Source of the DNA: an uncultured Actinomycetota bacterium
Lineage (GTDB): Bacteria; Actinomycetota; Actinomycetes; Mycobacteriales; Micromonosporaceae
DNA length: 64,000 bases
Reading direction: 5' to 3'
NCBI GenBank assembly: GCA_963818495.1
Contig: CAWFSH010000012.1
Coordinates: 73,008-137,007, forward strand
Shown here: in pieces, positions 10,123 to 21,366 of the stretch
Layout: every line of letters starts with the position of its first letter
Numbering within the stretch: position 1 is the stretch's first letter
Program-made: the position numbers and the translations under genes
The notes under the pieces: model-generated
Told to the model about the DNA's origin: nothing
What the model saw: only the letters and a program-made list of their open reading frames with translations
Databases searched by the model: none

Positions 10123-11511
10123 TCAAGCGCGCGTCGCACCCGGGACGGCCCACTGTCCGCGCCGGATGCGCGCGCCGATTCCGATGAGCCGGACGACCAC
10201 GAACAGCGTGAGCCCGGCCCAGATGCCCGTCAGACCCCAGTGCAGCGCGAGCGAGAGCCAGATCATCGGGCAGAACGCGAGCAGGCCAGCGACGAGCGTG
10301 AGATTGCGCAGGAAACGCGAGGTCACCTGCGCCGATCAGCACGCCGTCGAGCGCGAACACGACGGCCGACAGCGGCATCATCGCGGCGAACCACGGCCAG
10401 ATCACGAGCGCCTGCCCGAGCACGTGCGGGTCGCTGGAGAACAGTCGCGGGCAGCACCCGTACGCCGGCACCGATGAGCACGCCGATCACGAGTCCGCAG
10501 ACGAGCCCGACGCGGATGAACTGACGGGCGAGCGATCGCGCTGCGACGGCGTCCGACCCGCCCAACGCCGCGCCGACCAGCGATTGGGCAGCGATTGCGA
10601 TCGCATCCAGGACTAGCGCGCAGAACAGCCACAGCTCCCAGGCAATCTGGTGCGCGCCGAGCGCGGCGGCGCCGAACCGTGACGCTACGGCCGTCATCGA
10701 CAGGAAGCAGACCTGGAACGCGCCGCCACGGATGACCAGGTCACGGCCGCCGGTCAGTTGGGCGCGAAGCAACGCGCCCATGCGGAGCCAGCGACACGCG
10801 CTCCCGCAGCAGCGCACCGACGAACAGGACTCCGACGGTCACCTGCGCGACCACGTTCGCGACGGCCGAGCCGGCGAGGCCGAGGCCGAATCCGTAGACG
10901 AGGATCGGCGACAACGCGGCCGACAGCAGGTTCGCGCCCAGCACGTAGACCAACGGCCGCCGAGTGTCCTGCACACCACGCATCCAGCCGTTGCCCGCCG
11001 TGGCGAGCAGCAGGCCGGGCGCGCCCAGCGCCGCGATCCGCAGCCAGGTGACCGCGCCGTGCGCCACGTCGGGGTTAGACCCTCCGAGGGTACGGACAAC
11101 CGGACCGGCCGCGAACTGCGCGCCGATCAGGATGACCAGGCCGGCCGCGAGTGCGAGCCAGGAGGCCTGGACGCCTTCCTCGACCGCCGCCGCACGGTCA
11201 CCGGCACCGAAGCGGCGCGCCGCGCGACCCGTCGTGCCGTACGCAAGAACGCCGCCGAGCCAGGCGCAGAACGTAATGACGGTGCCACCGACCGCCAAGC
11301 TCGCCAGCGCGGTGCCGCCGAGGTGCCCGACGACGGCGGTATCGACCAGCACGTAGAGCGGTTCGGCGGCGAGAACGACCAGGGCTGGCAACGCCAGAGC
11401 GGCGATGCGCCGGGCATCCGTACGCATCGGGTCCGACTCGCCGGGAGCGGCTCCGGGGATGGCCGAGACAGAATCGCTCTCATCGACATCGCCCAGCACC
11501 GGTTCACCCAC
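10123..11511 (-). CDS. MATE family efflux transporter (DinF-like), at least 3 frameshifts
   Basis: RRIAALALPALVVLAAEPLYVLVDTAVVGHLG...WLRIAALGAPGLLLATAGNGWMRGVQDTRRPL (ORF 10741..11511). Continues in ORFs 10323..10817, 10109..10471 and 10123..10326. Hydrophobic throughout. Confidence 0.85.
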
Positions 11512-11569
11512 GGCCCAGATCCTCGCAGAAGCCGTCCGGCCTCGGCAATCAGTTTTGTAGACCGTCCAT

Positions 11570-11900
11570 GATCATCGAGGCCGGCTCATCAGCGCTGGAT
11601 CATCAAAGCTGGATCAGGGCTGGATGATCGGAACTCCGCCACCGCCCTACGACTCTGCACGCACCAACGCCAGCAGAGCCGTAGAACACCCAACCAAACT
11701 CCGCCGCCCTACGACTCTGCAGACCGACGAAACGCCGCAACCAAAACTGGATCATCAGGGCCGGATCATCAGCGCCAGATCATCAGCGCCGGATCGCGGG
11801 CGATCGCCGCGGCGGATACCGCTCGTTCACACAGATCTGGGCGCCGGATCGGCCGAAATGATCAGCAGATCGGGCGCCCAGACCTGGACGTACCGTGTCG
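11570..11900. repeat. repeat-rich non-coding stretch (GATC-containing 12-15-nt tandem motifs plus a ~40-nt direct repeat)
   Basis: GGATCATCAGGGCC / GGATCATCAGCGCC / AGATCATCAGCGCC in tandem at ~11749-11795. GCTGGATCAT-type units at ~11590-11630. AACTCCGCC(ACC)GCCCTACGACTCTGCA occurs at ~11631 and ~11697. Confidence 0.7.
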
Positions 11901-11988
11901 GCGGCTAGCGACGCAAACCTGGGGAGGTTGCCGCCGGATCGTGCTCGTGCCGTCGCGAGCGCACTTGAGTGCGCCCGCGGGCGAGGTC

Positions 11989-12087
11989 CTACTGACGCGT
12001 GTCCATCGACGTCTGCAGGGCGCGACGCGCTTCCTCGACCGGGTTCGGCACCGTGGGCGTGGGCTTTGGCTTGCGGTTCGTAGGCAT
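11989..12087 (-). CDS. candidate small protein (32 aa), unassigned
   Basis: ATG at 12087 with AGGAG 8 nt upstream: MPTNRKPKPTPTVPNPVEEARRALQTSMDTRQ, TAG at 11989-11991. Followed by the hairpin GCGCAC-TTGA-GTGCGC at 11959-11974. Not in the ORF track because it is under 60 aa. Confidence 0.25.
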   Translation of the reverse strand: MPTNRKPKPTPTVPNPVEEARRALQTSMDTRQ

Positions 12088-12330
12088 GGCGATACTCCTG
12101 GAACAGGCATGTCGTTGCGACGTGGAACTCGAATTGCCGTCGCGACCGCCGTCCGGGATCGCCGGAATTTGGTGGCCGTGGGCTACCGCGCCTGGTTAGG
12201 CGCCGGCATCACCACCCCAAACTATCGTTCAGGTGATACGCCGTCGACGGAATCTCGCATAGTGGACGCGCTGCAATCGCGCCATCCACAATCCGCAACA
12301 TTTCCGTGCGCAAGACGGCCGGCAGAGACG

Positions 12331-12380
12331 AGATCTTGGTGCGCTCGCGGCGCCGGAGCACCGGAAGCGCACCAAGATCT
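12331..12380 (-). terminator. hairpin immediately downstream of rbfA (perfect 14-bp stem)
   Basis: AGATCTTGGTGCGC (12331-12344) pairs with GCGCACCAAGATCT (12367-12380), 22-nt loop. No clear U-tract. Confidence 0.45.
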
Positions 12381-12384
12381 GGGA

Positions 12385-12840
12385 TTAGTCGTCGTCTCCG
12401 TCGTCCCCGTCGTCGTCCTCGACATGATCGACCTTGTACGGCTGCGGATCGCCGGCGAACGTCGCGCCGGCCGCGCGGCGCTGCACCTCGGCGTCGGCGT
12501 GTTGGGCGACGGCCAGCAGCTCGTCGATCTCTTTGGCGTGATCCTGGACGTCGTCGAGGACGAACGCGAGCGACGGCGAGTGCCGGAGCCCGAGGGCCTT
12601 GCCGACCGTGCTACGAAGCAATCCCTTCGCGCTGTCGAGCGCGGCCGCAGTGTCGGCCTTCTCCTCGGCATCGCCGAGCACCGTGTAGAAGACGGTCGCC
12701 TCGCGAAGGTCGCCGGTGATCCTCGCGTCGGTGATCGTGAGCATCCCTAGCCGGGGATCTTTGACCTGGGTCCGCACGGCGGAAGCGACCAGCTCCCGGA
12801 TCCGCTCGGCGTGCCGGCGAATCCGCGCAGGATCCGTCAT
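12385..12840 (-). CDS. rbfA: ribosome-binding factor A
   Basis: ATG at 12840: [57 protein letters not shown]...; acidic C-tail. Confidence 0.93.
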   Translation of the reverse strand: MTDPARIRRHAERIRELVASAVRTQVKDPRLGMLTITDARITGDLREATVFYTVLGDAEEKADTAAALDSAKGLLRSTVGKALGLRHSPSLAFVLDDVQDHAKEIDELLAVAQHADAEVQRRAAGATFAGDPQPYKVDHVEDDDGDDGDDD

Positions 12841-13010
12841 TTCGCACCTCCACTGTGCTTGTCGCGGGGCTTGTCGCGGGCGCAGCATCGCGTCGGGTCG
12901 CGTCAGGTCGCAAGGTGGGGACTGATCTCGACTCTACTCGGGCGTCGCACCTTCGCTCGTTCCGCGTGTCGTTGCGCTTGGCATGGCCCAACGCGGGCCC
13001 GGGCTCCGCG

Positions 13011-13304
13011 TCAGTCGTCGCTGCCGTGCAGCCCATGCCGTACGGACAGGATCTCCACCTCCGGCCGCCCAGCGATCAGATGCTCGCACGAGTCGACCAC
13101 TTCTCGAGCGTGCGCCGGCGTCGCGGCGACGGCGGCCACGCCGATCTCGGTCCGGCCGTGCAGGTCGAGTGCGCCCACCTCGGCCGCGGCCACCTCGAAC
13201 TTGTGCAGCGCGGCGACGATCGGTCGCACGTACGAGCGCTTCGCCTTCAGCGACCGCGAATCGTCCGGCAGGAGCAGATCGAAGACGACCGTCGCGGTGT
13301 ACAC
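13011..13304 (-). CDS. DUF503 (YlxP-like) protein
   Basis: Intact 97 aa: VVFDLLLPDDSRSLKAKRSYVRPIVAALHKFEVAAAEVG. Conserved partner of infB/rbfA. Confidence 0.85.
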   Translation of the reverse strand: MYTATVVFDLLLPDDSRSLKAKRSYVRPIVAALHKFEVAAAEVGALDLHGRTEIGVAAVAATPAHAREVVDSCEHLIAGRPEVEILSVRHGLHGSDD

Positions 13305-13368
13305 AAGCAGTCAGCGTACCGGCTGAAGTGATCTTCCAGCGACCCGATTAACGGCGCCGCCCAGGGGA

Positions 13369-13860
13369 TCAGGCGGCCGAGCTGGCCTCGGGATGCCAGG
13401 CCGGCACCATCGTGCGACCGATCCGGCGTTCCTCTTCGCGCCACGAGGCCAGGCCGTCCTCGATCGCGAGGTCGCGGTGTCGCCGCACGCTCAGCAAACG
13501 TTCCGGGTCCGGGCTGTCCGGGATCGGCGCGGCACCGCCGGCCGCGCGCGGACCGGGCTTGCGCGGCAGCCGGTCGCCGGCGCTGCCGCCGCGTCCCGGG
13601 TAGATCATCAGACCGTTGATCGGATCCGGCACCGCATCGAGCGCCGCTACGACCGCCGGCAATTGCCGGTAGGTGACCCAGGCGTCCCAGTCCTCGAACG
13701 CAACCTCGAAGACCACGCCCCAGTCGAACTTGTTCCAGGCCCAATCCTTGGCGCCGTGGGAAATCGCCGCCTCGATGAGCGCAGCCGCATAGGCGTCGCG
13801 CCACCGGTTCGCCGGCAGCTCGGCGTCGAGAACCTCGATTGACCACCAATACTCAGCCAT
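13369..13860 (-). CDS. hypothetical protein (Trp-rich N-domain, Pro/Gly/Arg-rich tail)
   Basis: Intact 163-aa ORF with coding-like composition: MAEYWWSIEVLDAELPANRWRDAYAAALIEAAISHGAKDWAWNKFDWGVVFEVAFEDWDAWVTYRQLP. No family recognised. Confidence 0.55.
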   Translation of the reverse strand: MAEYWWSIEVLDAELPANRWRDAYAAALIEAAISHGAKDWAWNKFDWGVVFEVAFEDWDAWVTYRQLPAVVAALDAVPDPINGLMIYPGRGGSAGDRLPRKPGPRAAGGAAPIPDSPDPERLLSVRRHRDLAIEDGLASWREEERRIGRTMVPAWHPEASSAA

Positions 13861-13973
13861 GTCGGCCTTGAGAGTACGCCCGCCATCGCCTTGGGTAAAT
13901 GCCCCAAAACGTGTGTACGGATCAGAGTTCGCTCAACGTTTCCGCGCGGTGCATTCCGCTCAACGGCGTCCGG

Positions 13974-14993
13974 TCAGTGCTTCCGGGCGACGAGCACATC
14001 CCGATTGATCGACTGGTCAACCCAGTGTTCGAGGTCGTCGAATCCGACGCCGTACTGCACGCGCAGTCCACTGTCTTCAAGAATCTCGGCCGCAGCGGCC
14101 CGGTCGGCGACATGTGTGTTCCACGAGATGCCGATCGTCCCGCCGGGCTGGATGAGCTGCGACCACACCGGCACCGCCTCCTCGCAGCAGTGCGACCGGA
14201 CTGCGCGACAGCCCACGCTCGGTACGGCTGCCGTGCGTCACGCCGTACGGCAGATCAGCCACGATCACGTCGGCGACGCCGCCCTTGAGGAACTCGCGAG
14301 CCTCGGTCGAATCGGCGTGGAACACGGTCAGCGACTGCTCCCCCGCGATCGTCACCGACAGGCGGCGGGCGACCGTGCGCTTGTCCTTGCGGACCGGCGT
14401 GACCTCGGCGCGGTGCTTGAGCCGTTTGCGTCGCAGCCACGTACGGATGAACGCGGTGTACGCGTCGAAATCCTTGCCGTCGTTGTCGATGCCGATCGCG
14501 TCGTAGCCGTACATCAGGGCCTGGTCGAGCGTGGTTCCCCGGCCGCACAACGGATCGAGCACGGTCAGCCGGCGGTCGAGCATACGGCCGGCGTGGTTCG
14601 ACGCGAGCAGCGTGATGTTGAGCAGCAGCTTGGTGAACTGTTCGTTGGTCTTGCCGGCGTACTTCTGGATGGTCAGCAGATCGTCGTCGAAGTGGGCGAG
14701 CGGGCTCAGCCGGACCGGGCGCAGCAGATCGTCGTCGAGGTGTTCGAACAAGGCGTACGCCGACGACAGATTCGACAGGTACGCGAGGTCGCGGGCGCTC
14801 AGCGGTTCGGCGGTCTGAAGCCGAGGTACGGCACCCCACCGATCTCGGTCGGTACGACGTCGGCGACCTTGGCCGCGAGGACGGTCGAGTCGAACACGGC
14901 CAACTCGGCGGCGGCCATCCGCGGTGCCGAGTCCGCGTACACCCGGTTCGAGGACGGTGCGATCAGCATCGCGTAGCGGTTCACTGGCCTCAT
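13974..14993 (-). CDS. SAM-dependent methyltransferase, UPF0020 / Trm11-RlmL-like (at least 2 frameshifts)
   Basis: Motif I VLDPLCGRGTTLDQALMYGYDAIGIDND and motif IV DVIVADLPYG. The N-part is in ORF 14799..15206 (MRPVNRYAMLIAPSSNRVYADS...). The C-part is in ORF 13974..14216 (LIQPGGTIGISWN...). Confidence 0.75.
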
Positions 14994-15118
14994 GCTATGC
15001 AACCGGACACCGCGCAAGCGAAGGCATGGCAACCAGACGCACTGGAACCGGCAGTCGCCCAACGGCCGACGGGCCCGACCGCTTGCGCGGTCGGGCCCGT
15101 CGGGTTGCTGTCGAGCGA

Positions 15119-18118
15119 TCAGGCGCGGGGCTTCTCCCGCATCTCGAACGTCTCGATGACGTCGCCGATGCGAATGTCGTTGTAGTTGCCGAGCGTCAGA
15201 CCACACTCGAAGCCCTCACGGACCTCGGTCGCGTCGTCCTTGAACCGCTTGCAGCGACGAGATCGTCGACGTTCTCCGCACGACCGCGCCGTCGCGAAGC
15301 AGGCGAGCCTTCGCGTTGCGCCGGATGAGCCCGGTGCGGACGATGCAACCCGCGATGAGGCCGACCTTCGACGAGCGGAAGACCTCGCGGACCTCCGCCG
15401 TGCCCAGCTCGACCTCTTCGAACTCGGGCTTGAGCATGCCCTTGAGCGCGGCCTCGACCTCTTCGATCGCCTGGTAGATGACCGTGTAGTAGCGGATCTC
15501 CACACCCTGGCGGTCGGCGTGCTCGCGGACCTTGCCCTCGGCCCGCACGTTGAACCCGATGATGATCGCGTCCGACGCGCTGGCCAGGTTGACGTCGTCC
15601 TGCGTGACGCCACCGACACCACGGTGGATGATCTTCAGCTGGACCTCGTCCGCGACCTCGAGCTTGACGAGAGCATCTTCCAGGGCCTCGACCGAACCGG
15701 ACACGTCACCCTTGAGGATGAGTGCGAGCGTCGTACGGTCGCCTTCCTTGATGCGGTCGAGCAGGTTCTCCAGCGTGACGCGACCGCCACGGTTGGCGAT
15801 CTGTGCCGCCCGGTCGCGAGCCGACCGCTGCTCGGCGATCTGTCGCGCGGTCCGGTCCTCGGCGACCGACCAGGAACGTGTCACCCGCGCCCGGCACCGA
15901 CGGTCAGACCGAGCACCATGCACCGGCCGGGCCGGTCCAGCCTCGGCTACCAGCTCGCCGTTCTCGTCGAACATCGCCCGTACGCGGCCGTGCGCGTCGC
16001 CGGCCACGATCGAGTCGCCGACGCGCAGCGTGCCGCGGTTGACCAGCACCGTGGCCACCGGGCCGCGACCGCGGTCGAGATGCGCCTCGATCGCGATGCC
16101 CTGCGCCTGACCGTCGATCGGCGCCCGCAGGTCCAGCGACGCGTCCGCCGTCAGCAGTACGGCCTCGAGCAGCCCATCGATGTTGAGTCCGGCTCTTGGC
16201 GGAGATGTTGACGAACATCGTGTCGCCGCCGTACTCCTCGGCCACCAGGCCGTACTCGGTGAGCTGCTGGCGCACCTTGTCCGGGTTGGCGTCGTCCTTG
16301 TCGATCTTGTTGACCGCGACCACGATCGGCACCTCGGCCGCCTTCGCGTGGTTCAGCGCCTCGATCGTCTGCGGCATCACGCCGTCGTCGGCCGCGACAA
16401 CCAGCACGACGATGTCGGTGGCCTGGGCACCACGGGCACGCATGGCGGTGAACGCCTCGTGACCCGGGGTGTCGATGAACGTGATCGCGCGGTCGTCGCC
16501 GTCGTGCTCGAACGTGCACCTGGTAGGCACCGATGTGCTGGGTGATGCCACCGGCCTCGCCGCCGACCACGTTGGTCTGACCGGATCGCGTCGAGCAGCT
16601 TCGTCTTGCCGTGGTCGACGTGGCCCATGACGGTCACCACCGGCGCGCGGGTGACCAACCGGTCGTCGTCGATCGTCCGCGTCGAGGTCGATGTCGAACC
16701 GCGCGAGCAGCTCGCTGTCCTCCTCTTCGCGCGTGACGATCTGGACGTCGAAGCCGAGGTGCTCGCCGAGCAGCAGCAGGGTGTCGTCGGAACACGACTG
16801 GGTCGCCGTGACCATCTCGCCCAGGTTGAACATCTCCTGGACGAGCGATCCCGGATTCGCGTTGATCCGGTCGGCGAAGTCGGACAGCGAGGCACCGCGC
16901 GGCAGCCGGACAACCTGGCCCTGCACCGCGGGGGGCACCCGAACTCATCTGCGGCGCGGACAGGTTGTCGAACTCTTGTCTGCGCTGCTTCTTCGACTTG
17001 CGACCGCGCGCGGGCTTGCCGCCGGGGCGACCGAACGCGCCCGCGGCACCGCCACCGCGACCACGACCACCGCCGCCGGGACGACCGGCGCCACCGGGGG
17101 CGCCACCGGCCGGCCGGCGCCACCGCCGGGGCCACCGCGGTAACCGCCACCGCCACCACCGGGACCACCGCCACCGGGGCCGCCGCGGTAACCGCCGCCG
17201 CCGCCGGGACCACCGCCACCGGGGCCACCGCGATATCCGCCGCCACCACCGGGACCGCCGCGGTACCGCCGCTACGGAAGCCACCGCCGCCACCGGGACC
17301 GGCCGGACGACCTGCGCCGCCGCCACCGGACCGCCACGGTAACCGCCCGGACCGCCCGGGCCACCGGGCGCCTGGACGACCCGGCCCACCGGGACCGCCC
17401 GGACGGGCCGGACGCTGCGATCGGCATCTGGATCGGGTTCGGCCGGGGCGGCATCGACGCCGGGTTGGGCCGCGGCAGGCCGGCCGGACCGGCACCAGCG
17501 GCGCGGCGCACCGCCCGGACCCGGCCGGGACGCCGGCGGGCGGCGTGATGCCGAACGGGTTGTTGCCAGCACCGCGCGCCGGCGGCCGGGCGCCCGGCCG
17601 TGGCTGCACCCGGACCGCCGCCCGGCAGGTTGCCGGGCGTGGGCCGCGGCGCCCGGGCGCCGGCGGACGAGCCGGGCTCGGGCTGGGGCTCGGCGTCGGC
17701 GGTAGCACGGACGGGCCGGCCTGCGCCGCTTCGCGCTTGGCCGCTGGGCCGCCGCTGCGCCGCCTCCTGCTCAGCCTTCAGGGCGGACGCGCGCGCTTCG
17801 GCCGCGGCCACCTCGATGTCGTGTGCGCTCGCCGGCTTCAGCCGCCGGCGGAGCCGGTACGGGGCTCCGACGGCCGGCCGCCTTCGCCGGCGGTGCCGGC
17901 TTCGCGGCGACCTTCGGCGCGTTGTTGGCGGCAGCCGGAGCCGCCGCGGGGGCCGATGAGGCGACCATCGCCTCGCGAAGTCGGCGCGCCACCGGTGCTT
18001 CCACCGTGCTCGACGCCGACTTCACGTACTCGCCGATCTCTTGGAGCTTCGCGAGGACGGTCTTGCTCTCTACCCCGAGTTCCTTTGCCAGCTCATGTAC
18101 GCGGGCCTTGCCTGCCAC
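15119..18118 (-). CDS. infB: translation initiation factor IF-2, many frameshifts
   Basis: GTG at 18118 after GAGGAG: [47 protein letters not shown]. Gly/Pro/Arg repeat region at 16960-17420. G-domain [64 protein letters not shown]-terminus [42 protein letters not shown]. Confidence 0.95.
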
Positions 18119-18210
18119 TGCACTCCTCACTTCTGAGGTCGTGCGGGCGACCCGCAACGACCTCAGTTGTCCACTTGAAGCCTGGTCATTTCTGGAGCTT
18201 CATCGCGTGC

Positions 18211-18581
18211 TCATGTTGGTCGTCCTACCTTGTGCGATCCCGGGCACGGCGTCGGTCGCCGCACCATCGGTCGTACGTTCGTGCAGGTATGCCGCACCGC
18301 GTCGGTCTCCGTGACACCGGCCACTCGCAGTGCACGCCCGAACGCGCGGCGTCGCGCCGCTTGAGCGAGGCATGCGGGATCGAAGTGCAGGTGTGCGCCC
18401 CGGCCGGGACGCCTGCGGGACGGATCGGGGACGATGTCGACCCGCTCGGCGATCTTGAAATCACCGGCCGGATCGGCGCCGCCCTCGGTGCCGCCGTGAC
18501 GGCGACGACCCGCAGCAAATCGGAGGCTGGCGCGCGCTTCCGGCAACCCACACAGGTGCGCTGCACAGGCCGGATACGCAC
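18211..18581 (-). CDS. YlxR family (DUF448) RNA-binding protein, one frameshift
   Basis: GTG at 18581: [27 protein letters not shown] second frame then gives [35 protein letters not shown]. Canonical position between nusA and infB. Confidence 0.8.
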
Positions 18582-18600
18582 GACGTACCACCGAGAAAGT

Positions 18601-19616
18601 CTACCCCTCTGCCTGCGCGGTCGCGCCATCGGCGTGATCGAGCATTGATCGCGCGTCGGAGTGGATGTCGATCTTCCAACTCGGTGAATCTTGCCGCAAG
18701 TCGGGCGTTCTGTCCCTCACGTCCGATGGCCAGCGACAGCTGATAATCCGGCACGACGACGCGCGCCCGCATCTCGTCGACGATCTCCACACGCAGGGCC
18801 TTCGCCGGTGACAAGGCGTTGCCGACGAACGTCGCCGGCGTCGTCGGACCAGTCGATGATGTCGATCTTCTCGCCATTCAGTTCGCTCATCACGGCCCGC
18901 ACGCGCTGGCCCATCGGACCGATACAGGCGCCCTTCGCGTTCACTCCCGGTACGGTCGACCGTACGGCGATCTTGGATCGGTGGCCGGCCTCGCGGGCGA
19001 TCTTCGTGATCTGTACGGTCCCGTCGGCGATCTCCGGCACCTCCAGCTCGAACAGCCGCTGGACCAGGTGCGGGTCGCTTCGGGACAGTGTGATCTGCGG
19101 CCCTCGGAACCCGCGGGTCACGTGGATCACGACGCACCGGATGCGGTTTCCGTGCTCGTAGAGCTCGCCCGGGACCTGCTCGCTCGGCGGGAGCATCGCC
19201 TCGATCTTGCCAAGGTCGACGCTGACGATGCCCTTCTCGGCCCGGCCTTCGTGGGCCTGGATCACGCCGGTGACGAGGTCACCGTCGCGGCCGGCATACT
19301 CGCCGAAGTGCGCCTCGTCGGTCGCCTCGCGCAGCCGCTGCAGGATCACCTGCTTGGCGGTCATGGTCGCGATGCGGCCGAAGTCGTTCGGCGTGTCGTC
19401 GAATTCGCGCAGCACGCCACCGTCGGCGTCGAGCTCTGCCGCCAGCACCGACACGGCGCCGGTCTTTCGATCGATCTCGACGCGAGCGTGCGGGTGCGCG
19501 CCCTCGGTATGCCGGTATGCGGTCAGCAGCGCTGTCTCGATCGCCGAAATTATCGTCTCCAGCGGGATTTCCCGCTCGCGCTCGAGCGCACGGAGGGCGG
19601 CCAGATCAAGGTTCAC
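18601..19616 (-). CDS. nusA: transcription termination/antitermination factor NusA (2 frameshifts near 18840 and ~18680)
   Basis: GTG at 19616: [34 protein letters not shown]...[19 protein letters not shown]...DLVTGVIQ...[38 protein letters not shown]. Then [22 protein letters not shown]...[16 protein letters not shown]. Then WKIDIHSD. Confidence 0.95.
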
Positions 19617-20377
19617 CGTTCGTCCTCCTCGCCGTCGTCACCGGCGTCGTCGTCTTTGTCGGCGTCCTGCTTCGCGTCGCTGACGTCATCGTCGTCCAAA
19701 CTCACGACATCTGCTCGCTCATCCTCGGTGTCGCTGTCACCGATGTTGTCGTCGACGTGGTCGTCGCCGAAGTCGACCAGGTCGTCGTCGTCGACCTCGT
19801 CCAGCCGGTTGAACTCGATCTCGATGCGTCCACGCCCCAGCTCCGCGTACGGGTGGGTGGTCTCGACACCGTCCACGACGAGCGTGGCCCCGGTGTCATT
19901 GGCGGCGACGAGTCGCCCGGTCACCAGGTGACCATTGAGCCTCGCGGTGACCAGCCGGCCGACATTCCGTCGCCAGTGACGCGGCTCAGTGAGCGGCCGG
20001 TCCGTCCCGGGCGACGACACCTCAAGCTGATATTCGCCGGCGATGAACTCTCCCGCCGCGGATTCGGCCTCGTCGAGGCCGTGCGATATGTCGCGGGATA
20101 GCTCGGCTACCGCGTCGAGCCCGACTCCGCCGTCTCGGTCGACGGTCACCCGGACCACGTGGCGGCGTCCCATCCGTACCACCGAAAGGTCCTCGAGGTC
20201 GTAGCCGGCGGACCGGGCCAGCGGCTCGATCACCTCGCGCAGCCGGGCCTTGTATGCGGCCAGATCGCCGCTCGTCGGCCCGCCGGTGGCGCGCCGGGAC
20301 TCCTGGGCCGCCGGACGCTGGCCACGACCGCCGGCGCGCGCGTTCCGACCGGCGGCGTGGCCACGTGTCGCTGCCAT
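19613..20377 (-). CDS. rimP: ribosome maturation factor RimP with long acidic C-terminal tail
   Basis: ATG at 20377 (GAAGGTGG upstream): ...[53 protein letters not shown]...[15 protein letters not shown]. The stop overlaps the nusA GTG (GTGA). Confidence 0.9.
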   Translation of the reverse strand: MAATRGHAAGRNARAGGRGQRPAAQESRRATGGPTSGDLAAYKARLREVIEPLARSAGYDLEDLSVVRMGRRHVVRVTVDRDGGVGLDAVAELSRDISHGLDEAESAAGEFIAGEYQLEVSSPGTDRPLTEPRHWRRNVGRLVTARLNGHLVTGRLVAANDTGATLVVDGVETTHPYAELGRGRIEIEFNRLDEVDDDDLVDFGDDHVDDNIGDSDTEDERADVVSLDDDDVSDAKQDADKDDDAGDDGEEDER

Positions 20378-20535
20378 CTCGAACCACCTTCCGATCGGTC
20401 GGGCCAACTTTCGCTGGCGTTTTCGGCACACGCACATCTACCGCCGGGCGAACACAGCGCACGGCGAATGGCATAGAAGCGTAACCCGCCGCGTCGGCGC
20501 ACGTCAGATCCGCGGGACACACGGACGTCACGGGC

Positions 20536-21366
20536 GTGCCAGACTTTGGGGAACCCGCCCATATAGTGTTCAATTTCCCGGTGCCCGCCGATCTGATCTC
20601 GCCGTCCGGGCGAGTCGCCGTCGGGCGAATCGCCGCCGGGCCGGTCGTTGCCGGACTCCCGGTTGCCGGACCCCCGGTTGCCGGGACCGGACTCGGTGCC
20701 GGATTGACGCGCCGCTCCGCCTTAGCCGGACTCGCGGCCACCGGCGCCGCACTCGCCGTCGCCGGATGCACGCCAAAGCAGACCACTTCGGCCGCACAGT
20801 TGATTGCCGGTGACGCGCTGGGACCGCTCTACACCGACACCTCTCGGTTGGTCGCGCAGTACGACCGCGCGTTGGCGGACGCACCCGCCCTGGTCGAGTT
20901 GCTCGGGCCGCTGCGCGAGGAGCACCGGCAGCATCTGATCGCGCTGGCGTCACTCATCGGGCTGGCCATGCCGGCCGTGTCGCCGGGACCGCATCCGAGC
21001 GGCATCCCGCTGCCGCCGCCGCATCCGACCGTCTCGGCTTCGTCGTCGACCTCTCCGACGGCTCCAACCCCGCCGCCGTCCAGCGCTGCCACACCTCCGG
21101 CTGTGGCGCCCGGGACGACGCCGCCAGCATCGGCGGGATCGGCCTCGCGCACGGGTTTGTCGGCGCCGGCATCGGCATCGGCCGTGCCGTCGGGTTCGCC
21201 GTCGACCGGACTTAGCACGCCGGCGATCAAGGCACAGCTATCCGCGGCGGAGAAGATCGCACAGGCGAACGCGGTCGCCGCATGTATCTCGGTCGCCGCC
21301 GATCGGGTGCCTATCGTCGCGGCCATCGCTGCCTGCCGCGCGACCCATGTGGCGGCGCTGCGGTGA
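20536..21366 (+). CDS. Tat-signal lipoprotein, partner of the ferritin-like DUF4439 protein; start uncertain (alternative GTG at 20581)
   Basis: LTRRSALAGLAATGAALAVAGC (twin-arginine plus lipobox), a helical domain LVELLGPLREEHRQHLIALASL, then a Pro/Ser/Thr-rich linker. Confidence 0.7.
   Translation: MPDFGEPAHIVFNFPVPADLISPSGRVAVGRIAAGPVVAGLPVAGPPVAGTGLGAGLTRRSALAGLAATGAALAVAGCTPKQTTSAAQLIAGDALGPLYTDTSRLVAQYDRALADAPALVELLGPLREEHRQHLIALASLIGLAMPAVSPGPHPSGIPLPPPHPTVSASSSTSPTAPTPPPSSAATPPAVAPGTTPPASAGSASRTGLSAPASASAVPSGSPSTGLSTPAIKAQLSAAEKIAQANAVAACISVAADRVPIVAAIAACRATHVAALR

Noticed and set aside
16960-17420. Extensive GGN/CCN tandem repeats inside infB
   Set aside because: A Gly/Pro/Arg-rich repetitive N-terminal region is a normal feature of actinobacterial IF-2. 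It is not a separate element, although it probably contributes to assembly indels.
19613-19800. Asp/Glu-rich tail of RimP as a separate small acidic ORF
   Set aside because: It is continuous and in frame with the RimP core, and its stop overlaps the nusA start. It is just a C-terminal extension.
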